Assembly (NCBI GenBank): GCA_964618805.1
Contig: CAZUBM010000002.1
Coordinates: 1 to 55,312, forward strand
Length of the DNA: 55,312 nt
Source of the DNA: an uncultured Nitrososphaerota archaeon
GTDB lineage: Archaea; Korarchaeota; Korarchaeia; Korarchaeales; Korarchaeaceae
Direction of reading: 5' to 3'
In this document: positions 28,345-38,334 of the stretch, in pieces
Layout of the letters: every line of letters starts with the position of its first letter
Position numbering within the stretch: position 1 is the stretch's first letter
Notes under the pieces: generated by a model
Told to the model about the DNA's origin: nothing
Database searches by the model: none
Seen by the model: the letters and a program-made list of their open reading frames with translations, nothing else
Program-made: the position numbers and the translations under genes

Positions 28345-29775
28345 ATGTCTGAAAAGGCAAAAGAGGTTGCTTTTAGCTGGATATCTGAGAATGAGTCTCG
28401 TTTGATAGAGATAAGCGACAAAATATGGGAATACGCTGAGCTAGGCCTCATAGAATTCAAGTCATCAGCGTTGTTGGCAGATACGCTGGAAAAAGCAGGA
28501 TTTAAGGTAGAAAGAGGAGTAGCTGGTATGCCAACAGCTTTCGTAGCGACATATGGATCAGGAAAGCCAGTAATAGGGATAATGGGAGAATATGACGCGC
28601 TTCCAGGGCTATCGCAGAAGGCCGTTCCCTGGAGGGAGCCAATAAAGGAAGGAGCCCCTGGCCATGGATGCGGCCACAACATTCATGGAACATCTGGAAT
28701 GGCTGCTGCAATAGCGATAAAGGTTGCAATTGAGGAAGCGGGACTTAAAGGAACGATAAAGTTCTTTGGAACACCCGCTGAGGAGAACTTCAGCGGAAAG
28801 GTGTTCATGGTAAGGGAGGGTCTGTTCAAAGGAGTAGATGCCGTATTAAGCCATCATCCTGGCACTATGAATGCTGCAACTTTGAAGAGCTGTCTGGCCA
28901 TCGATTCATATAAGTTCCACTTCTATGGCATATCATCTCATGCAGCTGCCTCTCCAGAGAGAGGAAGAAGTGCCTTGGACGCCGTTGAGTTGATGAATAT
29001 AGGGGTGAACTATCTTAGAGAACACATGATCCAAGAGGCTAGGATTCACTACGTGATCGAGAAGGGAGGAGGTCAGCCAAATGTTGTCCCAGCGTATGCT
29101 CGCTCTTGGTACTACATAAGAGCTCCAGAGAGGGAGCAGGTTGAATCGATAACTAAGAGAGTTCTTGATATAGCAAAGGGAGCTGCTTTAATGACCGGAA
29201 CAAGGCTGGAAGTCGAGATGATAGACGGCCTTTACAACGTCATCCCAAACAGAGTTCTAAGCGAGCTAATTGTAAAAAACATGAGGGAAATAGGGCCTCC
29301 TGATTATACAGATGAGGAACTAGAGTTTGCAAAAGAGATAGCCAAGACCATTCCTCCAGAGCAAAAGAAAGAAGCTTTAAGGAAGTCAAAGAGACCTGAT
29401 TGGGAGAAGCTGATAGATGTTCTGATAGATCAAAGCGTCCCTGATCCATGGGGAGAAGGAGAAGTTAGCCCTGGATCAACTGATGTAGCAGATGTAAGCT
29501 GGCAGGCTCCTACTAAGGAATTCTCAACCACAGCGTGGGTATTAGGAACTCCCGGCCATTCATGGCAGGTCGTTGCTCAAAGCGGAATGGGCTTAGGCCA
29601 CAAATCCTTGATATTTGCTGCAAAAGTTATGGCAGCATCTGCAATCGATCTAATGACGAATGAAGAGCTACTTAAAAGAGCATGGGATGAATTTAAGGGC
29701 AGATTGAAGGGTAGAACATACAAATGCGCGATACCTCCTGAGATAAAACCGCCTGTAGACATTTGGTCCAAGTAG
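28345..29775 (+). CDS. M20 amidohydrolase (AbgB-like), copy A
   Basis: GEYDALPG, GHGCGHN, GTPAEE, PNVVP, GSTDVADVSW, PGHSW. Confidence 0.92.
   Translation: MSEKAKEVAFSWISENESRLIEISDKIWEYAELGLIEFKSSALLADTLEKAGFKVERGVAGMPTAFVATYGSGKPVIGIMGEYDALPGLSQKAVPWREPIKEGAPGHGCGHNIHGTSGMAAAIAIKVAIEEAGLKGTIKFFGTPAEENFSGKVFMVREGLFKGVDAVLSHHPGTMNAATLKSCLAIDSYKFHFYGISSHAAASPERGRSALDAVELMNIGVNYLREHMIQEARIHYVIEKGGGQPNVVPAYARSWYYIRAPEREQVESITKRVLDIAKGAALMTGTRLEVEMIDGLYNVIPNRVLSELIVKNMREIGPPDYTDEELEFAKEIAKTIPPEQKKEALRKSKRPDWEKLIDVLIDQSVPDPWGEGEVSPGSTDVADVSWQAPTKEFSTTAWVLGTPGHSWQVVAQSGMGLGHKSLIFAAKVMAASAIDLMTNEELLKRAWDEFKGRLKGRTYKCAIPPEIKPPVDIWSK
28486..29693 (+). repeat. Identical tracts shared by the two M20 genes
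   Basis: 28486-28712 = 31422-31648 and 29287-29693 = 32223-32629 (offset 2936; no mismatch seen by eye). Confidence 0.85.
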
Positions 29776-29810
29776 CCCTAAGGCAGGGGAAGCATCATGG
29801 AGCTTTAAGG

Positions 29811-30917
29811 TTAGAAGGGAGGCTCTACTCCTACTTCTTCAGAGATTTGCCTCAACGAATTTACAACCTTCACATAAAGGGGAACTCCGTGTTTCATTCT
29901 ATATTTCATTGTCAGCCAAGATTTCTCTCCATGAATCCAGATCCTTTTGAATTTAGGATGAAGCTTTGCCTTCTTTAGATACTTCTTGTACTCCTCCATT
30001 CTTTCTTTAAATTCATCAAGGGGCATGAAGGCTTCTACATTTATTGCCATGAAGAAGTGGCCAACATTGCTGGGCTTAGATCCCTGAGTTGGTCCAACAA
30101 ATGGGCCCCAATTAGCTCCTGTTAGAATGCCGGATAATATATCTACCATGACAGAGAGGCCATATCCCTTGTGTCCGCCGGTAAGCTCTCCTAGACCTCC
30201 CAGGGGAAGCAAAGTACCGGCTTTGAGGGCATGAGTTGAGTCCGTTATTATGTTTCCGTCTTCATCTATAGCCCAACCCTCAGGTATAGGCTTACTCCTT
30301 CTCGAGTATACCTCTATCTTCCCTATAGGAACTACAGAGGTAGCCATATCGAGGACAAAATGAGGCTCTTCCTTTGAGGGAGCTGCAAATGAGATGGGGT
30401 TCGTCCCTATGGTTCTTCCTAGAGCTCCTGTATGGGCCACCAGAGGACGAGAATTTGTCATTGAAATCCCTATAAGATCCTCTTTCAGCGCCATGAGAGA
30501 GTAATAGCCTGCAATACCGTAATGATTGCTATTCTTCACCCCTACAATGCCGAAAAAGTTCTTCTTGGCCTTTTCTATGGCTATATTCATTGCCCTGTAA
30601 GCGACGGGCTGTCCTAGACCAAAGTCTCCGTCTACTAAGGCGTGTACTGGACTCTCTCTTATTATCCTTATTTGCGGATGCGTTTTTACCACGCCATTTC
30701 TAAGCCCATCCACGTATCTCCTTAACCTTGCTACTCCGTGAGAGCTTATACCCCTTAAATCGGCCGTAACAAGGTTATCTGCAGTTATTTCTGCATCCTC
30801 AGCTGGAATGCCTAGCCTTAGAAATACCTTCTTGACGAACTCCTTTAGATCTTCATGATTTACCCTAATGTAATCTTGAGGAGGGAGTAGAACCTCCTTT
30901 TCATATACTTCCTCCAA
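29811..30917 (-). CDS. Ldh_2-family (malate/L-sulfolactate/ureidoglycolate/DpkA-type) oxidoreductase
   Basis: ADLRGISSHGV, SNHYG, GTNPI, LDMATS, GGHKGYGL. Confidence 0.92.
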   Translation of the reverse strand: MEEVYEKEVLLPPQDYIRVNHEDLKEFVKKVFLRLGIPAEDAEITADNLVTADLRGISSHGVARLRRYVDGLRNGVVKTHPQIRIIRESPVHALVDGDFGLGQPVAYRAMNIAIEKAKKNFFGIVGVKNSNHYGIAGYYSLMALKEDLIGISMTNSRPLVAHTGALGRTIGTNPISFAAPSKEEPHFVLDMATSVVPIGKIEVYSRRSKPIPEGWAIDEDGNIITDSTHALKAGTLLPLGGLGELTGGHKGYGLSVMVDILSGILTGANWGPFVGPTQGSKPSNVGHFFMAINVEAFMPLDEFKERMEEYKKYLKKAKLHPKFKRIWIHGEKSWLTMKYRMKHGVPLYVKVVNSLRQISEEVGVEPPF

Positions 30918-30974
30918 TGTCTCACCAATTTTCGCCTTTAGTGTTTATTTTTTAACTTTGAATTCCATTTTCTA

Positions 30975-31229
30975 AGTATCGAAGCCTATCAGACCTATAT
31001 CTCACGCTATCAGGTCTCTTCTCTCTATTATGCTTCTCAGTTAGAAAATCACCTGCTAAAGGGCTCCAAGAAATTATTGCGATCCTCTCTCTTGTATAGA
31101 GGGATCATCTCCCTCTCCTTCTCACGATAGCAAAGGTTATAATGATTTTACATGCTAACAAACGCACTGATCCCAATAAGCCGCTTGTCCACAGAGCTTT
31201 CAAGAACTGTCAGATCCACAAGCTTTATG
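30975..31229 (-). pseudogene. Aldo/keto reductase relic
   Basis: SLWI*QFLKALW...FVSM*NHYNLCYREKEREMIPL...ISWSPLAGDFLT matches the AKR WQF/FVSMQNHYNL/WSPLA region, with stops and frameshifts. Confidence 0.75.
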
Positions 31230-31280
31230 CTTTATGAACACACAACGTTTATAGGGAAAACTTTACCGGGCAAACTTGGA

Positions 31281-32717
31281 ATGTCTGAAAAAGCTAGGGA
31301 AGTTGCTTTTGGTTGGATATCTGAGAATGAGTCCCATCTTATAGAAATCTGTAATAAGATATGGGAATACGCTGAGCTAGGCCTCATAGAATATAAATCT
31401 TCTAAATTGCTTGCTGATGAACTGGAAAAAGCAGGATTTAAGGTAGAAAGAGGAGTAGCTGGTATGCCAACAGCTTTCGTAGCGACATATGGATCAGGAA
31501 AGCCAGTAATAGGGATAATGGGAGAATATGACGCGCTTCCAGGGCTATCGCAGAAGGCCGTTCCCTGGAGGGAGCCAATAAAGGAAGGAGCCCCTGGCCA
31601 TGGATGCGGCCACAACATTCATGGAACATCTGGAATGGCTGCTGCAATTGCTGTTAAAGTAGCTATGGAGGAAACAGGACTTAAAGGAACGATAAAGTTC
31701 TTTGGAACTCCCGCAGAGGAAAACGCTAGCGGCAAGGTGTTTATGGTCCGGGATGGGGTGTTTAAAGGAGTAGATGCCGTATTAAGCCATCATCCTGGCA
31801 CGATGAATGCTGCAACTTTGAAGAGCAGCCTTGCCAACAATTCAGTAAAGTTCCACTTCCATGGAGTTGCGTCTCATGCCGCAGGCTCTCCAGAGAGAGG
31901 GAGAAGTGCCTTGGACGCCGTTGAGTTGATGAATGTTGGAGTAAATTACCTTAGAGAGCACGTAATTCAGGAAGCAAGAATTCACTACATAATAGAGGAG
32001 GGAGGGGGTCAGCCAAATGTTGTTCCAGCGTATGCCCGTTCTTGGTACCTAGTTAGGGCTCCAGAGAGGGAACAGGTTGATGAGATCTATCAACGCATTC
32101 TTGATATAGCAAAAGGAGCTGCTCTAATGACCGGAACAAGGCTAGAAGTTGAATTCATCAAAGGGATATCAAATGTCATCCCAAACAGAGTGCTAAGCGA
32201 GCTAATTGTAAAGAATATGAGAGAAATAGGGCCTCCTGATTATACAGATGAGGAACTAGAGTTTGCAAAAGAGATAGCCAAGACCATTCCTCCAGAGCAA
32301 AAGAAAGAAGCTTTAAGGAAGTCAAAGAGACCTGATTGGGAGAAGCTGATAGATGTTCTGATAGATCAAAGCGTCCCTGATCCATGGGGAGAAGGAGAAG
32401 TTAGCCCTGGATCAACTGATGTAGCAGATGTAAGCTGGCAGGCTCCTACTAAGGAATTCTCAACCACAGCGTGGGTATTAGGAACTCCCGGCCATTCATG
32501 GCAGGTCGTTGCTCAAAGCGGAATGGGCTTAGGCCACAAATCCTTGATATTTGCTGCAAAAGTTATGGCAGCATCTGCAATCGATCTAATGACGAATGAA
32601 GAGCTACTTAAAAGAGCATGGGATGAATTCGAAAAGAGATTAGGAGGTCGCAGGTATAAATCCCCGCTACCACCAGATCTAAAGCCTCCTCTAGATTTAT
32701 GGGCTAAGAAGAAATAG
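31281..32717 (+). CDS. M20 amidohydrolase (AbgB-like), copy B
   Basis: Same motifs as copy A; start set at MSEKA (31281) by alignment to copy A. Confidence 0.92.
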   Translation: MSEKAREVAFGWISENESHLIEICNKIWEYAELGLIEYKSSKLLADELEKAGFKVERGVAGMPTAFVATYGSGKPVIGIMGEYDALPGLSQKAVPWREPIKEGAPGHGCGHNIHGTSGMAAAIAVKVAMEETGLKGTIKFFGTPAEENASGKVFMVRDGVFKGVDAVLSHHPGTMNAATLKSSLANNSVKFHFHGVASHAAGSPERGRSALDAVELMNVGVNYLREHVIQEARIHYIIEEGGGQPNVVPAYARSWYLVRAPEREQVDEIYQRILDIAKGAALMTGTRLEVEFIKGISNVIPNRVLSELIVKNMREIGPPDYTDEELEFAKEIAKTIPPEQKKEALRKSKRPDWEKLIDVLIDQSVPDPWGEGEVSPGSTDVADVSWQAPTKEFSTTAWVLGTPGHSWQVVAQSGMGLGHKSLIFAAKVMAASAIDLMTNEELLKRAWDEFEKRLGGRRYKSPLPPDLKPPLDLWAKKK

Positions 32718-32737
32718 ATTAAAACAAATACCTTTAG

Positions 32738-33562
32738 CTATCCTGAACTTGTATTATGGGATCGTTTCTGCCCTAATGCATGATAAAGGTCGCTTAGTCT
32801 ATGAACTAGCAGGAAATCTTTGGCTGTCCTACCTAACTCGATTGCCTCCTCCTCACTCAAATGAACCTCTCGATACCTCTCCTTTCTCTCCTTCCATGTA
32901 GCCTCTAATATAGCAAGATCTGCTCCATCTACCTCTCGAACAAGGGACTCGCATAAGCCTGTGTCGCCGCTATAGACTATCCTCATATCATTGTACATGA
33001 TCGAGTACCCAACCGCTGGGATATAGGGTCCTACAGGCTCTGTCTTTGTGCTTCCTCTATGGACCACTTGAAAGGCCCTCACTTTGATGGGTCCGTATAG
33101 GAACTCATCGCCATCACAAACCTCCAGAAGCCTAATGTTATACGTCAAAGAGGATTTCCTGAACTTCCTTAGGGTACTGACGAAGTCAGTAACAACAATT
33201 GAAGGCTTTGGGACGAAAACTTCCAATGGCTCCCTCCTTCCTATCATGTGCATGAAGTCCATTAATGGATAAAGATCCCCAACATGATCAAAGTGCTCAT
33301 GGGAAATTAGTACGGCTTTGATCCTCTTAAAGCCTTCCTCACTGAGGTAATGATTCAGCAACAGATCTCTAAGAGTCCCGCTCCCGCAGTCCAAAAGAAA
33401 ATCAATTCTTTCTTCCTTTTTACCTACTGAAACCAAGATCTGAGTTGCAACTCCTGGAAGGGAGAGCATCACCTTTACCATGAGGTCCTTCCTTTCCCAA
33501 GTGTAGGCCATCGCTACCCTTGAATTAGAAAGCCCAATAAGATATAAGACAAACTTAATCAA
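32738..33562 (-). CDS. Metallo-beta-lactamase-fold hydrolase (RNase Z-like)
   Basis: LLDCG, SHEHFDH, YSGDT, EAT, LVH; start may be 33511 or later. Confidence 0.85.
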   Translation of the reverse strand: MIKFVLYLIGLSNSRVAMAYTWERKDLMVKVMLSLPGVATQILVSVGKKEERIDFLLDCGSGTLRDLLLNHYLSEEGFKRIKAVLISHEHFDHVGDLYPLMDFMHMIGRREPLEVFVPKPSIVVTDFVSTLRKFRKSSLTYNIRLLEVCDGDEFLYGPIKVRAFQVVHRGSTKTEPVGPYIPAVGYSIMYNDMRIVYSGDTGLCESLVREVDGADLAILEATWKERKERYREVHLSEEEAIELGRTAKDFLLVHRLSDLYHALGQKRSHNTSSG

Positions 33563-33609
33563 CGTCCATTAGAGGAAAGGATTTATAGATAGGGTCCCAG
33601 AAATTTCCG

Positions 33610-34740
33610 ATGAAACCGGTCAAAAAGCTCTTAGTAGTCCAGACCTCAAATGCCTTGCTAGGAGGAGGCCTCGGAGCAATAGTCCCACTGCTCATGAAAG
33701 CTAAGGGAATAAGAATGGAACAAATAGGTCTAATAGCCTCCCTTAGCCCAGCCATATTTCAATCAGGCAGAATTTTGATAGCATCGCTCTCAGACATTGT
33801 AGGAAGGGTTCCATTCTTAGGGTTAACTGGAATCCTCTCAGCTCTCACACTAGGAGTTTACTACACGGCAACCACAAAAGCTGAGTTCGCGCTCGGTACT
33901 CTGCTAGATTCACTGAGAAACTCCTCTCTTTGGGCTGTTAATAGACCATTTGTTTTAGAACATGCAGAGGAAGCAAGAGGCTCACTTATTGGCATGATAG
34001 GGATGACGCTGATATTCTCTTCTTTAGGAAGCCTAATTGCAGGTATAGTCTCCTCTCATTTCTCCTTAGAAGTTACCTTGCTTTTCTTCCTTCCTCTGTC
34101 AGCTGCCATTATAGTAATTACTCTTACTATGAAAGTCGAGGCAAAGAGAGGGAAAGTGTCATTTAGAGCTGTTTTATCAGGCCTTAATCCTCTAAAAAAG
34201 AGCAAGAGATTCCAAAAATTGATAGCAAGCTATATTCTTGCTGGTTTTGCTGCAGGAACATTGCTTTCATATGTAATGCCCCTCTACTATTCCTCAAAGG
34301 GACTATCTCCCAGCCAGGTAGGAATAGCCTTGAGCATCCAATCCATGATCTCTGGGGTGCTTGCTTACTTTATTACAACTAAGTTCAGCTCAATAAAGTT
34401 TCTTTCTTTGGCTGGAGCGATTTATTTCTCATCTCTTTTGGCTCTAGCTACTTCTCCCTTGCCCCCCCTAATACTTCCTATCTTTGCGGGCATAGCTGCC
34501 TCGATTTTCCACGGAACTAACGAAACCTTAATGAGCATATTTCCAGAAGAGGGTTCGTACGGTGCTGATGTAGCTCTCTTAATGCTAGGACTTCATTCCG
34601 GAAATACCATAGCTCAGGCATCTGCTGGGTTTGTCATTGCAAGCAGGGGATTTCTTCCAGTATTTCTAATCTCAGCTTCTACCTTCTTGATATTTTCTAT
34701 AATTGCTTATGCTTTGGCTAAGCGCCGTAGCAAGGCCTAA
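33610..34740 (+). CDS. MFS transporter
   Basis: About 12 hydrophobic helices; SLSDIVGR motif A. Confidence 0.8.
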   Translation: MKPVKKLLVVQTSNALLGGGLGAIVPLLMKAKGIRMEQIGLIASLSPAIFQSGRILIASLSDIVGRVPFLGLTGILSALTLGVYYTATTKAEFALGTLLDSLRNSSLWAVNRPFVLEHAEEARGSLIGMIGMTLIFSSLGSLIAGIVSSHFSLEVTLLFFLPLSAAIIVITLTMKVEAKRGKVSFRAVLSGLNPLKKSKRFQKLIASYILAGFAAGTLLSYVMPLYYSSKGLSPSQVGIALSIQSMISGVLAYFITTKFSSIKFLSLAGAIYFSSLLALATSPLPPLILPIFAGIAASIFHGTNETLMSIFPEEGSYGADVALLMLGLHSGNTIAQASAGFVIASRGFLPVFLISASTFLIFSIIAYALAKRRSKA

Positions 34741-34823
34741 ACCTTGAAAAAAGAGTTGGTCTTGGGTTCAAATCATTTCTTTTCAATCATGATTAAATAT
34801 GATATATCTAATATAGACACAAG

Positions 34824-35285
34824 ATGGGCCCATCTACCTTCAAACCCAGAGGGCTGGTAAGAACCCTCATACTCTTAGTTCTACATAAAGGTCCAACGCA
34901 CGGCTATCAGATAATGGATGAAATTGAAAGGCTAACTGGTCATAGACCTAGTGCTGGTGAAATCTATCCGTTTCTAAAGAGGCTTGTGGATGAGGGCTAC
35001 TTACAAGTTATGGAGGAGTGCAAGAGGAGGAAAGTTTACGAACTAACTGAAAAGGGAAAGGAGTTAGTTGAGGATACCGTTGAGAGGATGGCCTCTATAG
35101 TTGAAGCAATCGTTAGTTCAAAGCTGGATGTTTGCGCTAACTGTGGTGTAAAGATCTATGAAGGCGGAGTTGAGATGACAATTAATGGAAAAAAGCTCAT
35201 GTTTTGCTGCAAGCACTGTGCTGCTAACTTTTTAGCTGAAAAAGGGTTAAAAAAGCCGATTTTAAGCCAAAAACATGAGAAGTAA
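34824..35285 (+). CDS. PadR-family regulator with a C-terminal TRASH/YHS-like Cys domain
   Basis: HGYQIM...IYP.L..L...G...RKVYELTEKG followed by CANC...FCCKHC. Confidence 0.88.
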   Translation: MGPSTFKPRGLVRTLILLVLHKGPTHGYQIMDEIERLTGHRPSAGEIYPFLKRLVDEGYLQVMEECKRRKVYELTEKGKELVEDTVERMASIVEAIVSSKLDVCANCGVKIYEGGVEMTINGKKLMFCCKHCAANFLAEKGLKKPILSQKHEK

Positions 35286-35365
35286 TTCTTTCACTTTATT
35301 TAGTAGCCGGTGGAGAAATTGGTGGAGCCAGGTTCCAGCCAAGCTAGAAGCTAAGGGGATACGTT

Positions 35366-36112
35366 ATGGAAAAGGTCTTTACTAAAGAGGCACTCTCGGT
35401 TATCTTGATCCTAGCAGCCATAATTGTAAAATCCTTCTCCAGGGCTTATCCAAGGCAGGAATTTGGTATTTTGCTGATCTACTTTACATTGTACCTATCA
35501 GCAATAATTACAGCATCTTTAACCTTCTGGAATAATGCATGGATCCTTTTGCTGTCAGGAGCTTTAATAGGCTCTATTTCAGAGTTCATCGGGACTAGAA
35601 CAGGGGTGCCATTTGGCCTTTATTATTATCAAGAGTTGAAGCCTCAAGTTTTTGGAGTTCCTGTGCTCGTGCCTATTGCATGGGGGACCTTCTTGTTCCT
35701 ATCTTATTTAACTGCAAGCTCCATGTTTAGAGGATTTAAAGCAGTTCTAATGGCTTCAACTCTCATGGTAATAATTGATTTGGCATTAGATCCAGTAATG
35801 ACCAGCTGGAAAGCTTGGGTTTGGGTGACTAAGACTGATGTTAACTGGTATGGAATACCTTGGACCAACTACCTAGGATGGTTTGTGGTTTCACTCATAT
35901 CCCTCATGTCATATGGATTTGCGGCTAGGAAGTTGGAGTTTAAAGAAACTAGAGCGTTAAAAGCCATGCCTGGTCTCTATTTACTTGAGATGTTCATCTT
36001 TTATGCCTTGGCAGCACAGGAAACTGCTGAACCAACTCTCTATGCCCTGCTGGTAGCCATAATAGCTATTGTGGCCGGCTTAGCACTCCGCTCTTACGAA
36101 AAGAAAAGATAG
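35366..36112 (+). CDS. DUF422/CruF-like membrane protein (carotenoid hydratase family)
   Basis: E.IG.RTG.PFG.Y.Y...GVP..VP.AW...D...DP...W.W...GIP..NYLGW. Confidence 0.8.
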   Translation: MEKVFTKEALSVILILAAIIVKSFSRAYPRQEFGILLIYFTLYLSAIITASLTFWNNAWILLLSGALIGSISEFIGTRTGVPFGLYYYQELKPQVFGVPVLVPIAWGTFLFLSYLTASSMFRGFKAVLMASTLMVIIDLALDPVMTSWKAWVWVTKTDVNWYGIPWTNYLGWFVVSLISLMSYGFAARKLEFKETRALKAMPGLYLLEMFIFYALAAQETAEPTLYALLVAIIAIVAGLALRSYEKKR

Positions 36113-36328
36113 AAAGTCATTCTTGTAAATCATGTTGGAACATATTTAAACGCCTCTTCTACCTCTTCTCGGCTTTTCCTCATAGAGACCTTAAACAAAA
36201 GAGACTTCATATAAAGATAAGAAATTTTCTGGGCTGAATGTTAGAAAAGAGTCATGCTATGGCGCTTAGCTAGGTCTTAAGAAAGTAACTTTTTACCCTT
36301 TCTAACGCTCTTGCTGAGTGATTGTCAC

Positions 36329-38182
36329 ATGACTGAAGGAGTTATCGGTATCTTGGGAGGAATGGGTCCAGAGGCCACAGCTGAATTATTTTACAGGATA
36401 ATAAAGGCGACTCCAGCAAGAAAGGACCAAGATCACCTCAGGATCATAATAGATAATAACCCTAAAATACCCGATAGGACGGCAGCGATACTCCATCAAG
36501 GGCCCAGTCCTCTTCCGATGATGATCGAGACAGCTAGAAATCTTGAAAGGGCTGGAGCTAGCTTTTTGATAATTCCATGCAACACTTCACACTATTACAT
36601 CAACGAGTTACGGAAGGAAATTGAAATTCCAATAGTAAACATGATAGAGTTAACCGCGTTAAAGCTCAAAAACATGAATTTCAGAAGAATAGGACTTCTT
36701 GCAACCACTGGGACGATAAAAACAAGACTTTATCAGGATGCGTTGATGAAAGAGGGAATGAAGGCAATAATACCCCCCGAAGACCTTCAAAATGAGGTGA
36801 TGAGTGCAATATATGATTACATTAAGGCAGGGAACCTTAAGACCGGAAGAAAAATTGTACTCAGAGTAGCAAAAGAGCTAATTAAAAATGGAGCGGAAGC
36901 AATCCTCTGTGGATGTACGGAGATTTCTCTCGTCCTTAAGGAAGGAGATCTTTCTGTTCCTGTAATAGATCCTCTTGAACTCTTAGCAAAAGAGGCAGTT
37001 AAACTGGCCTTTGAATTTGGCGAAACAAGTAGGAAAGTACTTTCTTCCAGAGTTAGGAGAATAAAGGAATCAGCTACTATGAAGACTTTAGAGAAAGCAA
37101 GGGAAGTGGAAAAGAGAGGCGTCAAGGTTATTTACCTGAGCATAGGTGAACCTGATTTTAATACCCCAGAAAACGTGATTAAGGCTGCATTTGATGCTAT
37201 GAAGAGAGGCTTCACCCACTATACAACCAGTCAAGGAATTTTAGAGCTTAGAGAAGCAATCTCAGAGAAGTTTAAAGAGGAAAACGGTTTGGATTTTAGC
37301 CTCGATAGCATAATCGTGACTCCTGGGTCAAAATATGCGATATTTGAAGCCGTCATGGCTTTAGTAGATGATGGAGATGAGGTAATCGTCCCATCTCCGT
37401 ACTGGGTGAGTTACGAGGAGATAGTTAAGGCTGCTGGAGGAATATTGAGAGTCGTTCCAACCAGAAAGAACTTCACCCTAGAAGTTGATAGGATTAGGGA
37501 TGCTATAAGTCCGAGAACTAAGGCGTTAATCATAAATTCACCAAACAACCCAACTGGGGCAGTATATGACGAGAAGTCCCTAAAAGAGTTGGCTGAAATC
37601 CTAAGCGAGAGAAAAATATACGTTATATCAGATGAAATCTACGAGAAGCTGATCTATGAGGGTAAGCATGTAAGCATTGCTTCGATGGATGGGATGGAGG
37701 AACTAGCAATCGTTGTAAACGGCTTTTCAAAGGCTTATGCGATGACGGGGTGGCGTCTAGGGTATGCGGCAGGGCCAAAGGAGGTGATATCTGCCATGAA
37801 CAAGATCCAGCAACATTCAGTCTCATGTGCCCCAGCCTTTATTCAAAAAGCCGGTGTGGTTGCATTGAGATCGTCTCAAGAGTTTGTCAAAGAAATGGTT
37901 GAGGAATTTAGAAGGAGAAGAGACTATATAGTGAACAGGCTTTCTAGAAATTCATCGTTCGATGTTGTAAAGCCGAGAGGAGCATTTTATGTTTTCCCAA
38001 ACATATCCGGAACTGGGATGAGCTCATCTCAAATGGCTGACGTTATGCTGCAAAAAGCTGGCGTTCTGGTAACTCCAGGAAAGGCATTTGGTGGCTATGA
38101 TGATCACATAAGGATCTCATATGCTAACTCCCTTGAAAACATAAAAGAAGCGATGGATAGAATAGAGCAGCTCTTTGGATAG
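36329..38182 (+). CDS. Fusion of an Asp/Glu racemase and a class I/II PLP aminotransferase
   Basis: N-terminal GILGGMGP, PCNTSH, GCTE; C-terminal IGEPDF, INSPNNPTG, SDEIY, NGFSKAYAMTGWRLG; one continuous frame. Confidence 0.9.
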   Translation: MTEGVIGILGGMGPEATAELFYRIIKATPARKDQDHLRIIIDNNPKIPDRTAAILHQGPSPLPMMIETARNLERAGASFLIIPCNTSHYYINELRKEIEIPIVNMIELTALKLKNMNFRRIGLLATTGTIKTRLYQDALMKEGMKAIIPPEDLQNEVMSAIYDYIKAGNLKTGRKIVLRVAKELIKNGAEAILCGCTEISLVLKEGDLSVPVIDPLELLAKEAVKLAFEFGETSRKVLSSRVRRIKESATMKTLEKAREVEKRGVKVIYLSIGEPDFNTPENVIKAAFDAMKRGFTHYTTSQGILELREAISEKFKEENGLDFSLDSIIVTPGSKYAIFEAVMALVDDGDEVIVPSPYWVSYEEIVKAAGGILRVVPTRKNFTLEVDRIRDAISPRTKALIINSPNNPTGAVYDEKSLKELAEILSERKIYVISDEIYEKLIYEGKHVSIASMDGMEELAIVVNGFSKAYAMTGWRLGYAAGPKEVISAMNKIQQHSVSCAPAFIQKAGVVALRSSQEFVKEMVEEFRRRRDYIVNRLSRNSSFDVVKPRGAFYVFPNISGTGMSSSQMADVMLQKAGVLVTPGKAFGGYDDHIRISYANSLENIKEAMDRIEQLFG

Positions 38183-38334
38183 GAAGTTCATTTAAACTTA
38201 TTTCAAGCGTTTTCAATGGACGGTTGAAGTAAAGAGACTAGAGAGATGTTACATTAGTCCTTACAAACACTTACATCACTAAGCGAGTTATGAATCAATG
38301 AACTTATTTCTTACCCTTTTGGTAGATAATTGAG

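Noticed and set aside
31152-31280. 43-aa N-terminal extension on M20 copy B
   Set aside because: Copy A starts at the equivalent MSEKA, and the extension overlaps an aldo/keto reductase relic on the other strand.
28345-32717. Diversity-generating retroelement (template/variable repeat pair)
   Set aside because: Differences are not adenine-specific, both copies are full genes, and no reverse transcriptase is present.
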